Assembly (NCBI GenBank): GCA_050575255.1
Contig: JBNZDD010013727.1
Location: 9,579,081-9,643,080 of the forward strand
Direction of reading: 5' to 3'
DNA length: 64,000 nucleotides
Source of the DNA: Harriotta raleighana
Taxonomy: Eukaryota
Made by a program: the position numbers and the translations under genes. The notes beneath the pieces are model-generated. The model saw only the letters and a program-made list of their open reading frames with translations. It had not been told where the DNA came from and searched no databases. The first letter of the stretch is position 1, and each line of letters opens with the position of its first letter. Shown here piece after piece: positions 52,160-62,562 of the stretch.

Positions 52160-52492
52160 CCTGAGCTCAGTGGTCAGAGCACTCACCTCTCAAGCGAGAA
52201 ACCTGAGTGTGATTCCCAGCAAGGAGAAACAATGGGCAAGTTTCAATACTCCACATGCCCATTTATCTAGCAGTAAGAACCCAGTTATTAGTTGATTGGC
52301 AGATCGCTTTTTCAGGGACAATAATCCCTCCAAAAAAATTGGGTCACTTAATCCACATCTATTTGTGGGACTGTTGTATGCAATTGGCTGTCACATTTTG
52401 CCCACAAAATAAACAGTCACTACACTTTACAGTATATTGTAGGAAGCTCTTTGAGACATAAGGCATTTTACAAAATACAAGGATTATTATTA
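52160..52492 (+). mobile_element. SINE, longer subfamily with an extra internal segment
   Basis: Head AGCTCAGTGGTCAGAGCAC. The extra CTAGCAGTAA...GTTGATTGGCAGATC segment is shared with the copy at about 40490. Confidence 0.8.
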
Positions 52493-55407
52493 TGAACAAC
52501 CATGATATGAATGATCTTTTAATCATATTGAGCTTTAACTGGATTAACATTTCCTGAATCAATATAAATTGCTAATGGCGGGTGTCTAGAATATCTGATG
52601 TACGAACATCTGAAACATGGACTAAAACACAAGAAAAATGACATTAGTTTTATCAAAGGAAAATTTTCTTGTGGTTCACTGTGCACTTTTGAGCAAGAAA
52701 CAAAACCATACTTTTCTCCTTATGAATAAATCACTATCTTTAGTTACCTACGGTACATTTGGGCCATTCTAATTCATGCTTCATATAAACGAAACTAATG
52801 CAGATTTTTTGCCAATAAAATAAAAGCTTATTCATTCTACAAAAAGCAGTGCAGAAAGAAATGACTTGTTCTGTAATGTTTTACATTGTATGGATAAAAA
52901 TTCACAATAAATTGCAGCTACTGTATATGTTTTCATTCCCATTCGGTTTATTTGTCTGAACAGCCTGATAGCTGGATTGGATAATAAGCACATATTCTGC
53001 TCCCAAGCCTTTGCTTTTGTTCTGATGCAACTATCCTAAAATATGACACTACAATTTGACTCCACCAGATAGTTTCAGCGCCTTGGGACTTCCTCCCAAC
53101 GTGAAAGGTATTCTATAAATGTAATTTTGTTGGAGTAGTACAGCCTCCACTAAGTTGAGAATTGGACGGTGAGATTCAGACCTATACCCACATTGCTACA
53201 TTACACTAAAATTTACCTCCTCTGCTACTTTTATTGATCAACTGTACTGAAAACAGTTGGTGGAACTCATTTCTGCTAACCTCCTCAAAACTGTTTCATG
53301 AGCACTTTTCACTGGGGTTGCTTAACTGAAGGGAAAACAAATAATTAAACATTTCATCAAAACTCTACTAGTTGATCAATCATTGGATAATATATCTTGA
53401 AATTTAGTAATAAAAGAAAAGTAACATCCATGGTTTGTAGTGTAGCTTACCAAGTTAAACATTACAGGCTAATGTGATATTTCAGCTTTGTGTTGTTATG
53501 CAAGAACAGATAGGTATGGTGTGGCAGTGTAGATCATATGTCAAAGTCCAAATCCTGGAGGCGATATGTTCACAGCTGGGGAATTCAACACTCAAGGTTG
53601 TGTTTGGGGCAATACTGGTGGAGTATTATCAGGTGTGTGGAGTATGGAAACTTGCCCAAAGTTTCACTCTGCTGGGAATTGAATCTAGGTATCTCGCTCG
53701 CAACAACAAAATTACATTTTTAGAGCGCCTTTCATATCGGGAGGATGTCCCAAGACGCTGAGCAGGAATAGATCCACTAGCCAATCCTCTGTGCCAGGTA
53801 TAACTCCATACCCAGCATCTATGAAATTTAGAACACAAAAAAACCACAATAATAATCTGAATAAGACTTTCAATCTTTTCAGATTCAAATTCAACAGTTT
53901 ATTTTAGAAGTTTTTGGCAGTCATACAGAAGCAAGTTTAAATTGTCTAAATAAAACGCTACAATTTGTTTTAAGTAATTAAGATGAACAGAAACAAAACA
54001 CAGCTCATTTTAACTTGATGGGGGTAGCACCTAATGACTCCATGAAATGAACATTAATTAAAAACATGTACAAGAGCTCCCCTGAACGGCTGCTATGTAA
54101 AGGCATTGCTACACAGTAGCGCTGAAACAGACAAACCCCAAGGTTACAGATTAAACTTCTGGTCTGTACTGAATAGAGGTCTGCAAAATCGGCTGAGGAC
54201 AGAATCACTTCCAGCTGTGATGCTGCTAGTTGTTATTACTCACTGAGACATACTGAATAAAGGGCCATCATTCACTGATACAGCGGGGTAATGACTACTT
54301 GGGTGAGGTGAAAAATAGTGCTTCACATCAGTGAACTCACAAAACAGAAGAAAAAGCCATTGACTTCAGGTGAAAGGAGAAAAATGAGAAGAAAAAAAAG
54401 ACAAACGGGTGGTGTGGGAGAAAAGAATTAAAAGCATTTGGAAACTGAGCTATATTTAAAACAATAAAGAGGCAGAACATAGTACAATATTTTAATGGAA
54501 ACAAGTGCATATTAACTGAAAGGTCCCCATATTTCTTTTGACAAACTTTTTAAATAAACAATGGTACACTCTTATTGTCCTATTATCGTGGATGGAAGGC
54601 TGGAAGTTTTAAAAAAAATAAAAACTGTTATTCCTTTGATCTCATGAGAAGAATCACAATTATGCATAATAAGATAGAACAAGATCTGCCTATCAATTTA
54701 CTTTTTGCATATTCTCCACCTGTTATGTAATCTTCCATCAAAATGATCAATTTCAGTCCCTAGAATGCACACACCCATCCCCTTTACCATTCACAATATA
54801 TTGGTGCAATTCAGGCAAACGTTAATATACTTAACTCCCATTTTAACTGCTGCATCAATCTGATCATTTCCGTTTCCCCACATTAGCCACCCACCCTTTA
54901 CCTCTCTGAGGATTGACAATTTTATGTCTGTTAGTGGTATTTATAGAGTTTTGAGTTGCAGCTTCAGATCCAACAGAAACAGAGCTGCAAATTACACATC
55001 CTTGATCTACATCAGTTCCTTTCAGCTCAAAGACTGAATAGTTTTGTTGCCTGACCTGCTGAGCGTTGTTCCTAACAACTTCTGTTTTGTCTTCCATTTA
55101 TCAATCTGCATAAGATTCAAGCCTTCATGCCAGAACACATATTCAATTTTCCCCACTTAATGCATCTTCTGTAACATTTTGCAACCGAATTTCTTACCTT
55201 GGCTCATTCATTCAATGTTGTACTTGATTTGTGTTTTTTTAAGAAATGTACATAATTAATCTCCAGTTTTCTATGGAATGTGTTGCAGTCAAAGTGTCAC
55301 AATTTCTTGAATGCTGCTGCTTCAATGCATTAAATAAATTCCATCATTTTAAACAACAGGGTGTTTACTAACATTCAACAAAATGAAAACAGTAGATCTT
55401 CTTAACA

Positions 55408-55699
55408 ATAATAATCCTTACACTTAATATAGCGCTTTTCACGTTTTCTAGATGCCGCAAAGCGTTCACAGAATATAATGTAAAGTGAATTGACTGTATA
55501 CTTGTCGGAGAAACGCAGCAGCCAATTGAACACAGCATTGTCCCACAAACAGCTGTGGATAGAAGTTCCCAATTTATTTTCTGGAGGGATTATCATCAGG
55601 CATGTGGAGTATGGAAACTTGCCAAAGTTTTACCCTGCTGGGGATTGAACCCAGATCTCTCACTAGCAAGGCGAGTGCTCTAACCACTGAGCTACAGGA
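55408..55699 (-). mobile_element. tRNA-headed Deu-domain SINE about 150 bp downstream of the COMMD6 stop
   Basis: Family head, core and tail on the minus strand (sense to COMMD6). Confidence 0.9.
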
Positions 55700-55847
55700 A
55701 TGTAGTCAAGACTTGAAAAAAATTGTAACCAAAAAGCAAAACAGAACTCCACCCTGCCAGGTTTTCTTTTGCGTTAAACTCTTCTTTGTCTTCTGTGTGA
55801 TGGAATCAGAAACATGCCCACAAAGAGAAGAACAATGGGGCAAAACA

Positions 55848-55898
55848 TCACATTGTTTCAAGGACAGAGGCCATTTCTCTGAACTGTTTGGAGAAATT
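55848..55898 (-). CDS. COMMD6: COMMD6 last coding exon (NFSKQFREMASVLETM*)
   Basis: Acceptor TATCTTTACAG|AAT. It matches the human C-terminus NFYRQFKEIAAVIETV. TGA stop at 55850-55848. Confidence 0.93.
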   Translation of the reverse strand, partial: NFSKQFREMASVLETM

Positions 55899-56477
55899 CT
55901 GTAAAGATATAGAAATAAAATAATTACAGGATAGAACACTTCTATTCAAGATATATTATAGTGCATTATGTAGAAAGGTATCAATCATTCGGTTATGGTG
56001 GTCTCAAGACCAACTGAGATTAGGTAATTGCTGGCTTTAAAAATTGAGGCCAGTCAATTAAGTGACAAGAGGTGGTCAGCTCCATCTCAATTAGAAATCC
56101 AAGCCTAATATACCCACATCATACATATGAATAAAGTTGAAAGCAAACAAAGTCATGTACTTTTAGATGAAGAACTTTAAAACAAGTTAATCAGGATGGT
56201 ATAATTTCCCATATTTGAAATAAAGAATGCATTCATTAAGTTTCTAAAATAGACAATAAACAAGCTTCAAGTAAATCAAGTTTGTAAAACCCCAATTTAC
56301 TTTGAAATTACTTTAGCAATCCCAAACAATGTCTGGAAATTGCATGGTATATACAGATGTGGTTCACAAACTACATAAGCTGTTGTTTATAAAATCTACA
56401 TTCATTAACTAATTGAATTGATTTACATGACTCCTGGAATAAATCTCTTCCAAGCACACATGAATCACTTTACTAAC

Positions 56478-56627
56478 CTGAAATTGAGGAATAGTCATTT
56501 CAAAAGATCTGCTGATCACATCTGAAGAATCAGCTACTTTAAGTGTCAAGGTGACGTACGGGTGGTTCAGTGATCTACAGCTGTCAGAGCTCACTGCCAT
56601 TCCCAGCTTCCACTGCAAGTCCACAAG
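56478..56627 (-). CDS. COMMD6: COMMD6 COMM-domain exon (150 nt; LVDLQWKLGMAVSSDSCRSLNHPYVTLTLKVADSSDVISRSFEMTIPQFQ)
   Basis: Near-identical to recalled human COMMD6 LVDFQWKLGMAVSSDTCRSLKYPYV...FEMTIPQFQ. Acceptor CTCTACCCAG|CTT, donor CAG|GTTAGT. Confidence 0.96.
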
Positions 56628-57226
56628 CTGGGTAGAGAGGGAAAAGATGAAACACAAATTATATTTGCAGAAGAAACAAACAGACTTCAGCTCTACTTTT
56701 GCAAGTTGAATGTTCATAATTGTTTGACAGGAAATTTCACAAGATGCATTTTAAAAATGTTACTGGACAGAATTAAGCACTGAAATCAGTTACTTGATGA
56801 ACTGCTTGCTGTAAGATAAGTGAGCTGACCTACAAATTCATTAGTGGAAAATGTTACTGGACAGAATTAAATACANAAATCAGTTACTTGATGAACTGCT
56901 TGCTGTANGATAAGTGAGCTGACCTAAAAATTCATTTGTGGAAGCACAGGCTGTCATAGTCAACTGTATTAGTTATAATTGCACAAGTTAAAGCCTACAC
57001 TTCATCAAAAATTGTATGTTAATCAAACAATTAAAATTATCAATGTGAGATGTACAATTTAGATGGAAATAGATTGGTGCAATGTTAAGAAAAATGTCAA
57101 AACTGTGGCATCATTGTGAGATGTAGAAAACTATTAAAGTGTCTTTCACAGACTTAGAGAATAAAGACAGCCAGCTCAACATTCCAGCTATCTTTTATAA
57201 AAAGGCCAACAAATCTACTATCACAC

Positions 57227-57395
57227 CTGACCCATGGTCAACATATTCTTGGCATCTTCTGGTGTTGCGATCAGTTTGCCCTGTTCGCTCCACACATGAC
57301 GAATGACTTGAAGAGCCTGCTTGGACCAATTGTTACTGCTTTCAGCTAGCTTCACAATCAGTTCTTCAGCCGACATACTGTTCTGTGCTGCTGAC
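57227..57395 (-). CDS. COMMD6: COMMD6 internal coding exon (169 nt; SAAQNSMSAEELIVKLAESSNNWSKQALQVIRHVWSEQGKLIATPEDAKNMLTMGQ)
   Basis: Acceptor TTTGGCAG|G, donor CAG|GTGTGA, phase 2/0. It is a helical segment with the Trp typical of COMMD N-terminal domains and splices in frame to the COMM-domain exon. Confidence 0.88.
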
Positions 57396-57604
57396 CTGCC
57401 AAATCAAAGGAGAAACAGCTGTTGACAGCTGTTCAAATTCTTTCCCAGGACTTCAAGATCACAAATTCTTTACTTTCCAGGCTGATGAGTTGCGGACGGT
57501 AGTTTGTAACTTTTGAAGATCTTTACTAAATCTCCCTTCCCCCTTCTCTGTTCCAGATTTTGATTCCGTTTTAATTTATTCTTTGTTTTTCAAATCATCT
57601 GTCC

Positions 57605-57672
57605 AGCGCCTTGGGATGTCCTCCTGACGTGAAACGCGCTCTATAAATGTAATTTTGTTGTTGTTGTTGTTG
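57605..57672 (+). mobile_element. Ultra-short L2 3'-tail insertion (hairpin plus (TTG)n); representative of more than 10 copies
   Basis: AGCGCCTTGGGATGTCCTCCTGACGTGAAACGCGCTCTATAAATGTAATT(TTG)n with no upstream L2 sequence. Confidence 0.85.
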
Positions 57673-58851
57673 TTTCAGATTTTCCAAATTGAGACTATAC
57701 AATACAAATTTATATTTGCATAGTGCCTTTCATGTTGGGAGAACATTTCAGGGTGTTGTACAGTCTGAGGTTTGCATTTGGTAGGAGAGTTGGCCAAAAG
57801 CTCCAGCCTCATAATTATAACACCTTATCTTTGATGATGTACCCTTTCTAATGACTCTAATGTTCCGTCAGCAATGGGGCACCTAGAACTGCATGTAGTC
57901 TCTCACTTGTGAGACAAGTGCTCCAACAACTGAGCTACCGCTAACTATCTGCACTGAATGAATGCTTTAAAAATTGTACTAATTTCTTTTCAGATCATTG
58001 TTTGCACAAGGTAAAATGAGGTTACTGTCACATAGGATATTTCTGATCTGAAATGCTCAATTCCATGATGTGAAACGGAAAGAGCGAGACTTTAGTATAA
58101 GTGTCAACAGCAGATCCAAATAAATTTGTATAGAAATAATTCAGCTTCTACAAGGTTTATCTGCAGTATTTTAAAAAAAACTACTGTCTAACAGCAGGTT
58201 AACAACATTAAATTACAAGAAAATTATTTGTCTCTGCTTCAAATTTATTTGCTGCTCGGAAAAGGGAAGTACTCCTTATTTATGTGCTGTTCAAACTATA
58301 GCTTGCCAATCATGCCGTTACAGCACCACCACCAGGACACCATTGAAACAAAAAGATATTGATTTAAAATATCTACTTTTCTCTACAACAGGGAAACGAT
58401 AAATTCAGCTGAAAAGTACCAGAACAAAATATTTCAATAGAAGCTTGTTATACGGCAGGTCAACACTCTGATGTTCGCTGCACATGCAGGCAGAAAGCCA
58501 TATGACTGTGTGTATGGTGACAATGTATCAGAGTGGATCCTCATCATTTCCTTATAGGCTAACCAGATACGCAAACTATACAGCAGCCAGTGACCAGTCA
58601 CCTCCCCCCTCCCCACCCCCTCAACCAATACCTGTACTAGGCCTAATTGTAGCACCCCAACTCAACACAAACCAGGATACAAATCTAAGATTTTGTCCGC
58701 ATAAATTAGTGCTACTCTGTGGTGGCTTCACCCACGCGTCCTTTGGAAGATCATCACAACTAAATTTCATTATATGAACCCAAATGTCATTTTTTAAAAT
58801 AAGTGTGTTAAAGATTTCTATATAAAATTACAATCTTGCAATATGTGGTAC

Positions 58852-58928
58852 CTGAAAAACAAGGAAACAACATAGGCCACCTGCTTTGTAGTTTCCAAGT
58901 CCAGCTCCACGCCAGTTGCTTTAAGTCT
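58852..58928 (-). CDS. COMMD6: COMMD6 internal coding exon (77 nt; RLKATGVELDLETTKQVAYVVSLFF-R)
   Basis: Acceptor TTCCACAG|AGA and donor TTCAG|GTACC. It ends in phase 2, and the first G of the next exon completes AGG (Arg). Confidence 0.82.
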
Positions 58929-59056
58929 CTGTGGAACAGGGATCAGGTGGAACAATAAGAACACATGTGAACAGACACCAATAGAGAATACCATTAAACT
59001 GAAAGAGATTAAAACAAAAATTGCAGTTTTACATTTTGTAAAGAGAATTAACTTAC

Positions 59057-59122
59057 CTCACATAATTTGATTGCATTCACCCCAGGTACCTTACACTGAA
59101 GATGCAACATGATTTGCTGGCA
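59057..59122 (-). CDS. COMMD6: COMMD6 internal coding exon (66 nt; CQQIMLHLQCKVPGVNAIKLCE)
   Basis: Acceptor CATAACAG|TGC, donor GAG|GTAAGT, phase 0/0, open frame. Confidence 0.8.
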
Positions 59123-59434
59123 CTGTTATGGATTTAACAAAACATGATTCATCAAATTGAGAAAACACCAAACCACATAGATGAAAGGAGAAGCAATGGC
59201 TGAAGGCCATATTGTACTAGGTTTTCTGCCAACGAAAATTTCCAAGGTAAATATACTCTACAATTCATCCCCATAGTTAGTTTGCTAAAAACAAATGGTA
59301 CCTCTGTGGCCTATTTGATAAAGCTCGGTTTGAAATAGAACTGTGAAATAGAATAGAAATTTGGACCCGACGGTTGGTTGGTCTCAGTCAATCAAGGCAG
59401 CAGTACAGCCCATCAACTGGTCTCAGAATTCTAG

Positions 59435-60200
59435 CTTTATAAAGGAACAAGAGTAGGCCATTCAGTCCATCGAGGCTGCTTGATGGCTTTCCAAGATCAT
59501 TGCCAATCTTCAACAATTCCACCTCCCCACCCTCTCTCCATATCCCTTGATATCCATCTATCAAGTATGGACCTCATCTCCCCTATCCACACCCGACTCC
59601 ATTGGCTCCCCATCATCCAGAGGATTCAATTCAAGATCCTGGTCCTCACATTCAAAGCCTTCCACATCCTCACCCCACCGTACATCTGCAACCTCCTGAC
59701 CCCCTACTAACCTTGGGACGTCCTCCTGACGTGAAATGCGCTCTATAAGTGTAATTTTGTTGTTGTTGTTGTAACCTGCCAAATCCCTCCACTCAGCAAG
59801 CTCCGGCCTGCTCCATGTCCCCCGACCCACCTCCCTCACCATTGGTGGGCGAGCCTTCAGGCACTGTGCCCCTAACTGTGGAACTCCATGTGAAAGGCGC
59901 TGTACAAGTGTANTTTTGTTGTTGTTGTTGTTATCAATTTGCCTTTTAAATTATTCAATTGATTCTGCCTCCAATGCCCTATGGGCGGTGAATTCCACAA
60001 CCCCAGTCCCCACTGTGTGAAAAAGATGTTTCCTTACTTCACTTTTAGCTTCAAGTTTAAGACAATGACCTGTTGTCAATTCTCTCACCAGAGGAAACAG
60101 TTGCTTACAATTAATCCTGTTGAATCCCTTTGTAACTTTGTGTACCTCGATCAGATACTTTTTCAACCTCCTAAGCATGACAGAATCCAGTATTTCCATC
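59435..60200. mobile_element. Nested LINEs: minus-strand CR1 interrupted by a plus-strand L2 (about 59568-59932), itself interrupted by a short L2 tail
   Basis: The CR1 3' motif GAGTAGGCCATTCAGTCCATCGAG at about 59451 resumes at about 59933 (LFPLV.ELTTGHCLKL on the minus strand). The L2 reads LHWLPIIQRIQFKILVLTFKA. Confidence 0.85.
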
Positions 60201-60292
60201 CTTACATCATGTGGTAAATTGCGACAATGGCAGCAGAATATTGGATTACAAAAAACAGTGAAAATGTTTCTTCAAATCAGATTAATACTTAC

Positions 60293-60351
60293 CAGCTCTG
60301 CAAACAGGTCTTGGGGAAGTTTACCAATGCATTCAACAGTTTTTTCAAAAT
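60293..60351 (-). CDS. COMMD6: COMMD6 internal coding exon (59 nt; xFEKTVECIGKLPQDLFAEL)
   Basis: Acceptor TAATTATAG|AT and donor CTG|GTAAGT. It ends in phase 0, matching the next exon. An identical copy at 60483-60541 lies across single-N joins. Confidence 0.75.
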
Positions 60352-60620
60352 CTATAATTAAAATTATGGAATATATCTGTNGGGAAGTTTACCAATGCAT
60401 TCAACAGTTTTTTCAAAATCTATAATTAAAAAAAAGTCTTATGGAATATATCTGGNTCTTCAAATCACAGATTAATACTTACCAGCTCTGCAAACAGGTC
60501 TTGGGGAAGTTTACCAATGCATTCAACAGTTTTTTCAAAATCTATAATTAAAATTATGGAATATATCTGTAAATAATCAAATTCTTATGTTCTTATTAAT
60601 ATCTCAGGATACACCATATA

Positions 60621-61423
60621 CAGTAAAACCTCGTTTATCCATGACTCGAATAATCGGAAAAGCGTTCAACCGCCACCTCAAAAAAAAGTCACGATCTGAC
60701 TAACCGGAAGTTATCCAGTGACGCATTGAATGTCCGGTCTAAACTCGTTCCGGGTCCTTTTTAAAGCTCTCGGTTTTTATTTTACCTCGTTCGCATGAAT
60801 GACTGCCCGTCGTTGGGAAGGTAAGTACTGAATAGTTAATAAATACTGCTGCAGGTAGAGGCCAGAAAGAGAGGAGGGGAAGGGAGGGGAGGAAACGGAG
60901 AGAGAGAGAGGATGGGGGAATGGAGAGAGAGAGAGAGAGGAGTGGGGGAATGAGATATGAGTGGGGGAATGAGATACGGGGAAAGGGAGAGAGAGAGGAA
61001 AGCATAATGGAGTGAGGAGTGAGAGAGAAATGGCTGGCAGGGCTGCAGAGACAGAGAGAGGGAGGGAGAGAGTGAAAAGGGGTGGGGGGGTGACACAGAA
61101 TTTATGATGGATTCAGACTGAATATCTTTGAGGGTCTGTGTGTGTGTGCTGGCCGTTAGGTCTAAACTCGTTGCTTTTTAAACTCGCGTTTTTTACCTCC
61201 CTTCAAATCAGTGCTGCAAATTGCGAAGTTAAGTATAAATAATGTACTAATAGAATATTCTGTTATTATTTAGTCTATTATTAATATGGTATGTGTTAAA
61301 ATATTTTTTTTTTGGAAAAAATTCTATTTAATAAAATTTTGAAAATAAATCCGTTCAACCGGAAAAAGCGTTTAACCGCCACTGGCCAGGACTCGTGGGT
61401 GCTGGATAAACAAGGTTTTACTG
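60621..61423. mobile_element. Tc1/mariner-superfamily MITE, complete, in a COMMD6 intron
   Basis: TIRs TA|CAGTAAAACCTCGTTTATCC and GGATAAACAAGGTTTTACTG|TA, with an internal GA-rich tract. Confidence 0.88.
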
Positions 61424-61744
61424 TAGTTTGGAGACATGACCATGTCAAGCAACTGCCAGGATGGTGGAAGTTGAACTAGATGGACCTTGGTCTTCTATCA
61501 TCCAGCAAATTCTTAAATTTTAATCTATAGTAGTTTGTCACATTGAATTTCTATAACTTTACCTTGCAGTTATACTAAAGTGTTCAATGGTATTACACCA
61601 ATCAATACAAATCCCCAAAAATGCAATAAAGCATTGACCAGATTGAAAAACATAGCTCCCTGTCTATTTGTTTTAAATAAGATTTATGTACTACGTCAGC
61701 AGGATTGTAAACCCAAAGTGATCATCATTACAAATAACAAATTG

Positions 61745-62525
61745 TGTTTATCTAATGTTGGGTAGCATCTAGAGCACTTAACAGTGTCGGTGCCTGATGC
61801 AGAGACAGGGGAGGGAGGAGGTGACCGTAAGTACGCTCGAAGAGAAAGGTCATCAGGCGTGATCTGAAAAAAGGGACGTAGGGGGTCATGGTGGAGAGAC
61901 TGAAAGAAAGAGTGCCAAAGTTTCAGATAGTAGCTGAATGCAAGACCGCCAATGGTGCAGCAGAGGGGACGAGGAACAAGCAAGATGGAGGCGGCTGATG
62001 GTGGAATGGGGAGTAAGCCATCCGGAAAGGTAGCGAGGTGACAGAGCAATGAAGTCAGTCCATTGTATGAGAGGGAGCCAGTGGAGCATGGCGAGGGCTA
62101 ATATTTTAGGAGTATAGAGTTTAAAGTTGAAAAATTTATGGCTGAGACTGTTTGGAATTCATTTGATTTTGTGTCTAATAGAACTGAGCAAAGCTGTGAG
62201 GAAGGCATTGGAAGGGTGTGGGTGGGAGGGTGGCTGAAGACATGATCAAAAAGGTCTTGAGATGGGTTTGCATGGAGGAAAGGGAGAAGTGGAGAGATTC
62301 TGGGATGCAGTTCCAGAGGGTGGGGAGATAGGGCTGAAGGCTTGACCGGCAAAAGTGGAGTGGGCAGTGCAGGGGAGCAGACAGATTTGTAGGTCACAGA
62401 GGTAGGGAGGAGCACAACTATGGAGAGCTTCAAAGGTGAGGACGAGGATTTTACACTTGATCCTCTGAGGGATGGGGAGCAAGTGGAGCTGAGCAAGGAT
62501 GGGTTTGATCGGTTCAGAGTTTGGT
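61745..62525 (-). mobile_element. Two decayed L2 LINE 3' fragments
   Basis: LHWLPLIQW at about 62090 and ILAQLHLLPIPQRIKCKILVLTFEALHSCAPPYL at about 62500. Confidence 0.8.
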
Positions 62526-62562
62526 ATACGCAAATGCAAGCAGTTGCTGAACCGACAACCTT

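Noticed and set aside
57481-57520. CTGATGA followed by a short stem (possible second hammerhead) in a COMMD6 intron
   Set aside because: There is no GAAA box at the end of the stem and no stem I/III pairing. The same applies to CTGATGA at about 17748 and 45514.
60270-60570. Apparent tandem duplication or triplication of the 59-nt COMMD6 exon (possible mutually exclusive exons)
   Set aside because: The exon copies are identical and are separated by single Ns (60381, 60456). Including both would frameshift. It matches the window-wide artefact pattern.
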